This document shows positions 59,748 to 64,000 of a stretch of DNA of 64,000 nt, in pieces; the stretch's first letter is position 1; the number at the start of each line of letters is the position of its first letter. The notes below the pieces were generated by a model. The model did not search any database. It was not told the origin of the DNA and saw nothing but the letters and a program-made list of their open reading frames with translations. Source of the DNA: an uncultured Chloroflexia bacterium (GTDB lineage Bacteria; Chloroflexota; Anaerolineae; JAAYZQ01); NCBI GenBank assembly GCA_963700285.1, contig CAVOXA010000010.1, forward strand, positions 736,001-800,000. The letters are read 5' to 3'. The position numbers and the translations under genes were made by a program.

Positions 59748-61789
59748 CGGACCACCTCCTCTCCAACCAACGTGGGGGGTACCGATGCCTTTGCAGTACC
59801 CGGGACTTGGGCGGCGGCATCCTCACACAGCTCCGGCATCAGGTCGCACTCGCTCTGGAGCTGCGAGCTATAGATCTCGGCATAGATGGCGCTGTCGCGC
59901 ATCAGATCCTCGTGGGTGCCCGTGGCCGCAATCCGGCCGCCCTCTAGCACCAGGATTGCATCGGCGTCGCGCACGGTGCTGATGCGCTGGGCGATGACAA
60001 AACTGGTGCGGCCCACCATCAGCTTGTCCAGCGCCTGCTGGATGTGGTACTCGGTCTCGACATCCACGCTGCTGGTACTGTCGTCCATGATCAGGATGCG
60101 CGGGTCCAAGGAGCAGCGCCCGGGCGATGGCAATGCGCTGCTTCTGCCCCCCAGACAGGGTCACGCCCCGCTCGCCCACTTCCGTTTCGTAGCCGTCGGC
60201 GAACTCGATGATAAAGTCGTGGGCCTCGGCCGCCTTGCGCGGCAGCCATGACCTCCTCCATTGTCGCCTCGGGACGGCCGTAGGCGATGTTCTCGCGGAT
60301 GGTGCCCGAAAACAGTGTCGTCTCCTGCATCACCATGCCGATCTGCGAGCGCAGCGAATCCAGCGTCACGTCGCGCACATCCACGCCGTCGATCTTGACC
60401 GCGCCGCGGGTCACGTCGTAAAAGCGGGGCATCAGGTTGATGATCGTACTCTTGCCCGATCCGGTCGCGCCCAAGCAGTGCAATCACCTGACCCGGCTCT
60501 GCACTAAATGACACATCCTTCAGCACCCAATCATCGGTGGCCGCCGTGGGCGAGCCTCAGGTCCGCCCATGCCCATCCCCATGCCCATACCGCCCCCACC
60601 CATCATCCCTCCAGCCCCTGTCCTGGGCGGAGACGAAGGATCAGGCGAGGTACCACCCGGCCGGGGTCGCCGGCGGCGACCGCGTTTCCCGGCCGCTTTC
60701 GATTCCGCGTCCTCCCCATCCCCTGGCGCAGGGTCCTCATCCTTCGGACCAAAGTAGCGGAACCAGACCTCCTCAAAGACCACACTGCCCCTCGACCGGC
60801 GGCAGGTCGCCGGCGTCCGGCTTTTCCACCACCTCCGACTGGGCGTCCAGGATCTCGAACACCCGGTCGGCGCTGGCCGCGGCCTGGGAGACCATGGCGA
60901 TGATCATGCCCAGCATGAACAGCGGGAACATGGCCATCATCAGGTAGCTCTGAAAGGCCACCAGCTCGCCGATGGTCAGCCGCGCGCCGATGACCTGCAA
61001 GCCGCCGATCCAGATCACGGCCAGGGTACCCAGGTTGGCCATCAGAAAAATCAGGGGAAAAGCCAGGGCGATCTGTTTGCCCACATCGATGCTCTCGTCC
61101 ATCAGGTCCTGGTTGGCCGTCTCGAACGTGTCCCCGCTCGTAGGGCTCGCGGGCAAAGGCCTTGACCACGCGCACCCCGGCCAGGTTCTCCTGCAGCACC
61201 GTATTGAGATGCGACAGGTACTGCTGCACCTTGGTGAACAGCGGGCGCAGCGCGGGTGGCAAAGTAGATAAAGATGGCCATCGTCAGCGGCATGAGGACG
61301 ACCATGATCAGAGCCAACTGCCAGTCGAGGGAAAAGAGCAGGATCAGGCTGCCGACGATCATGATCAGGGCGGTGAGGAACATGATGAACCCCCGCCCCA
61401 CGAACATCTGTACCCGGTCCACGTCGCTGGTAGCTCGGGTCAGCAACTGGCCGGTCTGGGCCCGGTCGTGGTAACCAAAAGATAGCTTGTGAATCTGCTC
61501 ATACAGGATATTGCGCATGTCGTAGGCAACGCTCTGCTGACGCTTTGGCCGCCCAAAAACCCTGCAGGAAGGAAAACAGCGCTCGCGTCAGCGCCACGCC
61601 GACGATGACCAGCGCACCCACCACGATCACGCCCGCCACCTTGGCCGTGATGCCCTCGTCGATGATCCGTCCCGTGATGGCCGGGATCACCAGGTTCAGC
61701 AAGGTCGACAGCAGCAGGGTGACAAAGGTACCCGTTGCCAGCAGCCAGTACGGTTTCAGATAACCAAGTGCTCTTCCCAATGATTTCAT
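59744..61789 (-). pseudogene. Heterodimeric ABC exporter subunit 1 (TMD+NBD), multiply frameshifted
   Basis: [60 protein letters not shown] (degenerate site) over about 9 ORF pieces. Confidence 0.8.
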
Positions 61790-61923
61790 ACTCATCTCCT
61801 ACCTGGCCGCGCCAAGCCCGATCCTCCCGCAGGCTCCATATGGGACTTGGCACTCACCCGGCGCGTTTTTTTCTCGTCACTCATCTGAGTCGCAGGGCAA
61901 AGCCTGCGGGAGGATTGTTTCTC

Positions 61924-62541
61924 TCAGGAAGCTGTCCACAAGGGACCCGCCAACCCTTCCATCAGCAAATCCACGATCCGTTCAAACTGCTCCACCGGCG
62001 ACGGCTCGTCGCCATCGTCGCCACAAGCCACGATCCGCCGGAAATAGGCCATCCGCAACAGGTCCGCCATCAGCTCCGCGTCCACGTCGGCCCGGACCTC
62101 GCCACAATCCTGCGCCTCCCGCACCAACTCGCTGAAAAAACCAAACAGCGCCCGCTTGCCCCGCTGGGGCGGCGGAACGGGATGGTGCAAGTGATGGGCA
62201 AAGGCCCGCCGGAAGAGGCGCATGTCCTGGGCCACCTGCTCGTGCGTCAGCCGCATCAGCAACTTGATGCGGGCCACCGGACTGGCCGGCGCCCCCTGGC
62301 TGACTTCCAGCGCCTCGCGAAGGCGCCCCACGTGCCACACAGACAGGTCATCCAGCAGCGCCTCTTTCGAGGTAAAATAGTTGAAAAAGGTACCCTTGGC
62401 CACGTCCGCCCGGCCGGTGATCTCTTCCACCGTCGTGGCACTGTAGCCCTTCTCCCGAAAGAGACCCAACGACGCCTCTAGCAGCGCCTGGCGCGTCTCC
62501 AGTTTTTTCCGTTCGCGGCGGGATAGTGTTTGCTCCATCAT
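61924..62541 (-). CDS. TetR/AcrR family regulator
   Basis: RRERKK..TR, TTVEEI...ADVAKGTFFNYF..KE. Confidence 0.93.
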   Translation of the reverse strand: MMEQTLSRRERKKLETRQALLEASLGLFREKGYSATTVEEITGRADVAKGTFFNYFTSKEALLDDLSVWHVGRLREALEVSQGAPASPVARIKLLMRLTHEQVAQDMRLFRRAFAHHLHHPVPPPQRGKRALFGFFSELVREAQDCGEVRADVDAELMADLLRMAYFRRIVACGDDGDEPSPVEQFERIVDLLMEGLAGPLWTAS

Positions 62542-62555
62542 CCACCCTCAATTTG

Positions 62556-62614
62556 TGACCAAACTACAAATTTGACCAAGGTCATATTTTACCCGGGCGG
62601 CGTTAGTTTGTCAA
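62556..62614 (-). promoter_or_regulatory. Promoter and TetR operator
   Basis: Minus strand TTGACA-17bp-TAAAAT (62614-62586); palindrome TGACC-AA-GGTCA at 62573-62584; extra TGACCAA half-site at 62556. Confidence 0.7.
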
Positions 62615-62874
62615 ATCAACAAGCTATCCTGGTCATGGGCACGTCCCCCCGGTATCCATAGGCCAATCAATCGATTACGTCAACTTGTCCGGTGAGTTGG
62701 ACCGAGGGGTTGCGCAGATACCCGGATGATGGTATACTCTATGCGATCCTCGAATACTATGGTGGCAGAGTGTTGCCCAGGGAGATTCCAGACGAAAGAT
62801 CCTGTTGATAGCGGTAGGTAGAGAACCGGACAGATGCGGCCGCAGCCCAACAATCTGCTGAGGGGGGAAGCACG

Positions 62875-64000
62875 ATGAAGGTGCCCAGTGTGAGAACAGC
62901 CCAACGGACGACCGCGATTGCCCTGCTAGCACTCTCGTTTTTTCTTCTCCTGGCACTACAGATGAGCTCAGTGCTGGCCCAAGAGTCTTCCGACGATGTT
63001 TGGGTCCTGACCGAAACCCTGGTCAATCCCGCAGGCGCAAAAACAGAGTTTATCGGCGGAGGAGCAGATCCAACCTGGTTTCCAGAGCCACGGTTTGAGG
63101 GAAAGCGCGACCGGTGGACCATTACCGAGTCGGCTTTCCGCATCGACACTCGGGATGTTGACCACGGGTATGAATACCACAATGTGAGTCTTCTGGCTGA
63201 CTTTGAGCCGCCGCCGGCCGTCCTCGTCCCCGGGGAGAAGGTCGAGTTGACCGTTACGGGTAGTTACAGCGGCACGGTAGCAGAAGGGCGAGCGGGGCCG
63301 GGCTACCAGTTCTGGTACACCGGCGAGGGCATAGCAGTGGTGCCAGATTCCGTACTCGGCTTTGCTCCGTGGAATATCTACTGGGATGGCAGGGAATCCG
63401 CCACCTACACCCTCGACGTCCCCCAGACCAGGAGCGGGGTAGAAATAAAAGTACACGCTGGCTTGTGGAATGCAGAGCCCGCTCAAGTCGTCTGGATATA
63501 CCAGGCCCAGCAAAGGCCTGAGGGTCAGGGGGCAGAAGAGGGCTCTGGTACGGGAACAGGCACAGAGACTGGAACGGGTACGGCGGACCGGCACCGGAAC
63601 CGGAACTGAAACCGGCACGGGCGCTGGTACTGGCACGGGAACAGGCACAGAGACTGGAACGGGTACAGGGACTGGGACCGGCGCCGGAGCCGGAACTGAA
63701 ACCGGCACGGGCGCTGGTACTGGCACGGACACGGGCACAGGGACCGGCACGGGTACAGGGACCGGTACTGGCACCATCCCGCCCACAACACCCGGCCAGT
63801 ATCCACCGGGCGTCCAGTACCCACCGGGCGCCGTCTGCGGCGTCTACACGGGTGCGACGGTGCCGGTACCCACTGGCGGGGGTACAGGCGGCGCAGACAG
63901 CGGCGCGGCCCCCTGGGATACGGCCCAGGGCCAGGGCTGCTTTGACCGCTGGATCGCCGAGACCGAAGCACGCCTCAACGGCTACGACGGCGACGACGAT
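62875..64000 (+). CDS. Secreted protein with Gly-Thr repeat linker; frameshifted in the repeat and running off the window
   Basis: Signal peptide ending VLA-QE; ~190 aa domain; GT repeats; downstream frame reads ...[30 protein letters not shown]. Confidence 0.65.
63541..63775 (+). repeat. Gly-Thr coding repeat containing a ~90-bp duplication
   Basis: ACGGGAACAGGCACAGAGACTGGAACGGGTAC at 63550 and 63635; CCGGAACTGAAACCGGCACGGGCGCTGGTACTGGCACGG at 63600 and 63690. Confidence 0.9.

Noticed and set aside
62968-63786. Pro-Val repeat ORF on the minus strand
   Set aside because: Reverse complement of the Gly-Thr repeat

Overview
Bacterial chromosomal segment, probably Chloroflexota (Anaerolineae-like). 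This is inferred from GT-C glycosyltransferases with a shared C-terminal domain, a T-box riboswitch, a c-di-AMP receptor and sigma70/sigmaA-type promoters. 1-14 kb is a surface-glycan locus: flippase, GT2/GT4/GT-C enzymes, a B12-radical SAM enzyme with an odd CX9CX2C motif, and a methyltransferase. 14-15 kb and 38.7-41.4 kb are IS graveyards. 15-26 kb holds a PIN protein, two uncharacterised enzymes (a nucleotidyltransferase-like protein and a class II aldolase-like protein), GT-Cs and tsaD. 26-38.7 kb is mostly housekeeping: csoR-like/trxA, Trp T-box-trpS-ATPase-trpB2, ybaK, dnaE, glutaminyl cyclase, DPPR synthase, rnd. The best candidate for an undescribed system is 41.4-49.2 kb. There an operon encodes OsmC-like, GntR, two-Cys DsrC, a DsrM/NarI-like membrane subunit, a DsrK/TmcB-like CCG Fe-S protein and a cysteine desulfurase. 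It has a candidate GntR operator and no dsrAB in the window, and it is divergent from an M42 peptidase and a cystine-lyase-like PLP enzyme. 49-64 kb holds an MFS transporter, methyltransferase, GT39, rhomboid, gmk, darA, tmk, a TetR-ABC exporter pair and a Gly-Thr repeat secreted protein. Several genes carry many frameshifts, probably assembly indels. No rRNA, tRNA or CRISPR array was seen. All functional calls come from motif recognition by eye, not from database searches.
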